Shown piece by piece: positions 62,402 through 64,000 of a stretch of 64,000 nt of DNA (position 1 is the stretch's first letter; each line of letters begins with the position of its first letter). Where the stretch lies: NCBI RefSeq assembly GCF_964355755.1, contig NC_092672.1, forward strand, positions 31,936,437 to 32,000,436, in the 5' to 3' direction. The notes under the pieces were generated by a model. The model made no database searches and was not told where the DNA came from. It worked only from the letters and a program-made list of their open reading frames with translations. This stretch comes from Antedon mediterranea (lineage: Eukaryota; Animalia; Echinodermata). A program made the position numbers and the translations under genes.

Positions 62402-64000
62402 CTGAGGAAAAAATGAATGATAAAGAAAATTAGGATTTAAACAACGATGAATACGGATACTGTATTAAAAGTCCTTCACATTTGTTCCGACACGGTTTTG
62501 TTTCAGTGAATAGAATGTCAAAGTTTTATTTTCATGACGCTCAACACGTCTATGTGCGAATCGGTGTGCATAACTACGTGAAAACGAAACATCGATTTAA
62601 TTCTGTGTCGGAACAGGTGTGAAAAACCCTTTAAGCTCTGTCTACACTATTAAACATCCCATCATGCAACTGGTTTTATAGTGAAATCAGTTGGCACAGT
62701 TGATAGTGTCCTGGTTGCTTGACTATGAGTCCGTGCCACTCAAAAACATTAAATTAACTTACCAAAGAATGGTTCTTTTTTCAAACACATGAATTTAGGT
62801 AATCCACAACGAACCAAAATCAATCTTAACATGAATCTAGGTGAAAAATGTTCTGGAAAGCGTGCAAAACATCCGGAACCAAAACAGAGACAGCAGAAGA
62901 TTATTGATTAGTATCTTTACCTTGTTGTGAAATATTTGTCAAAATATTAGAATACGAAACTTAGCCAATTATGAACCAAATACAAACAGACACCGCAGAA
63001 GACGACGGGTTATTATCTTTACCTCGGTGTAAGTCTAGAATACCGAACTTAGCTAATTATGACTGCCACAAGAGTTATCGGCAGACGGAATAAAACTTTC
63101 ATCAGCTAATCCAGAACACATAAATTTAGAAACGGTTAACCAATTTGGAAGGTTTGAAAAAACAAACAGTATGAATTCCTTCACAGACAGCTGGTGGGCA
63201 GAAGCTCCACAATTTAGCAACATAACACCTCAGTTTAAAAAAGTAAGATATTCCCCAATGGAATTGATAATATTATTACGAATTGAAAATCAATATTTGG
63301 TTTGTAGAATAGACGTAATTCCAACGTCATTAGAAGTTTTTTTTGGACACAAATAGAATGTCCCGGAAGGTGAATGTTTAATTGTCGATGGATGATGTAT
63401 CGTTGAGTGAAACAAGAAAGATGGCAACATATTCAGAGTTAATATTTTATCTCGACTAAAATTAAGTAGGTTGGTATAAACTTTCCAAAGGTATGTTTTT
63501 CATTAAAAAGTAAATTTAAGTGTCGGTATCTCTTTATGAAGTCGCTGTGTGAAAAGAAAAGAATGTTATGATATAAGGCTTGGTTCCCACTGGGACGAGA
63601 TGGCATATGCACATAGCAAGTAAGGTGACCAACCACAAGCGACAGTTCGGATGATCCGTCGCATCGTGATTGGTTAAATTGCTTTTGGCAATGATTGAAA
63701 ATGATACTGATTTGTAAAATCAATATCATCTATTATACTACAGTGTGTAGTGTCATTAAACAGTGTTTATGTACAATACTCAGTATACATGTAATACAGA
63801 AAAACTCATAAGGGGACACATTAGGATTTAACAAACATTTGTTGTCCTCTAATAGGATGTTCCCTGAACGTGGGTAATCATCATAATGTCAAAAAGAAGA
63901 CTGACACAGGCTTTAATACAACTTTGTCTTGCAATCATCTACAGTATGTACACCTTTTAATTAATGTTCTACTCATGATTAACGACTTGATAAGCGCTAT

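Overview
AT-rich metazoan genomic DNA, probably from a marine invertebrate (inferred from the TRIM-NHL expansion, GT-AG introns and transposon content). Positions 1-49.9 kb hold a + strand tandem array of TRIM-NHL genes (RING, B-box, coiled coil, filamin, NHL), each with a single coding exon. Two copies are intact, one is split by a young Ty3/gypsy element, one is a deletion chimera and one carries a nonsense codon. A decayed NHL relic follows each copy. Almost every ~3.8-kb unit carries different transposon insertions: gypsy, Academ-like, Kolobok-like, nested Helentron/HINE-like, pogo-like MITEs and DIRS. Positions 50.1-62.4 kb hold ten minus-strand exons of a ClC-2-like chloride channel. The last visible exon ends in an open donor, so the TRIM array appears to sit antisense inside a >=50-kb intron. 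Two observations stand out. (1) Each gypsy LTR contains a perfect 64-bp internal duplication that brackets an apparent spliceosomal intron and carries a poly(A) signal, which suggests a duplicated-R mechanism for keeping an intron in an LTR. (2) TRIM paralog variation is concentrated, in a mosaic pattern, on the predicted ligand-binding face of the NHL propeller.
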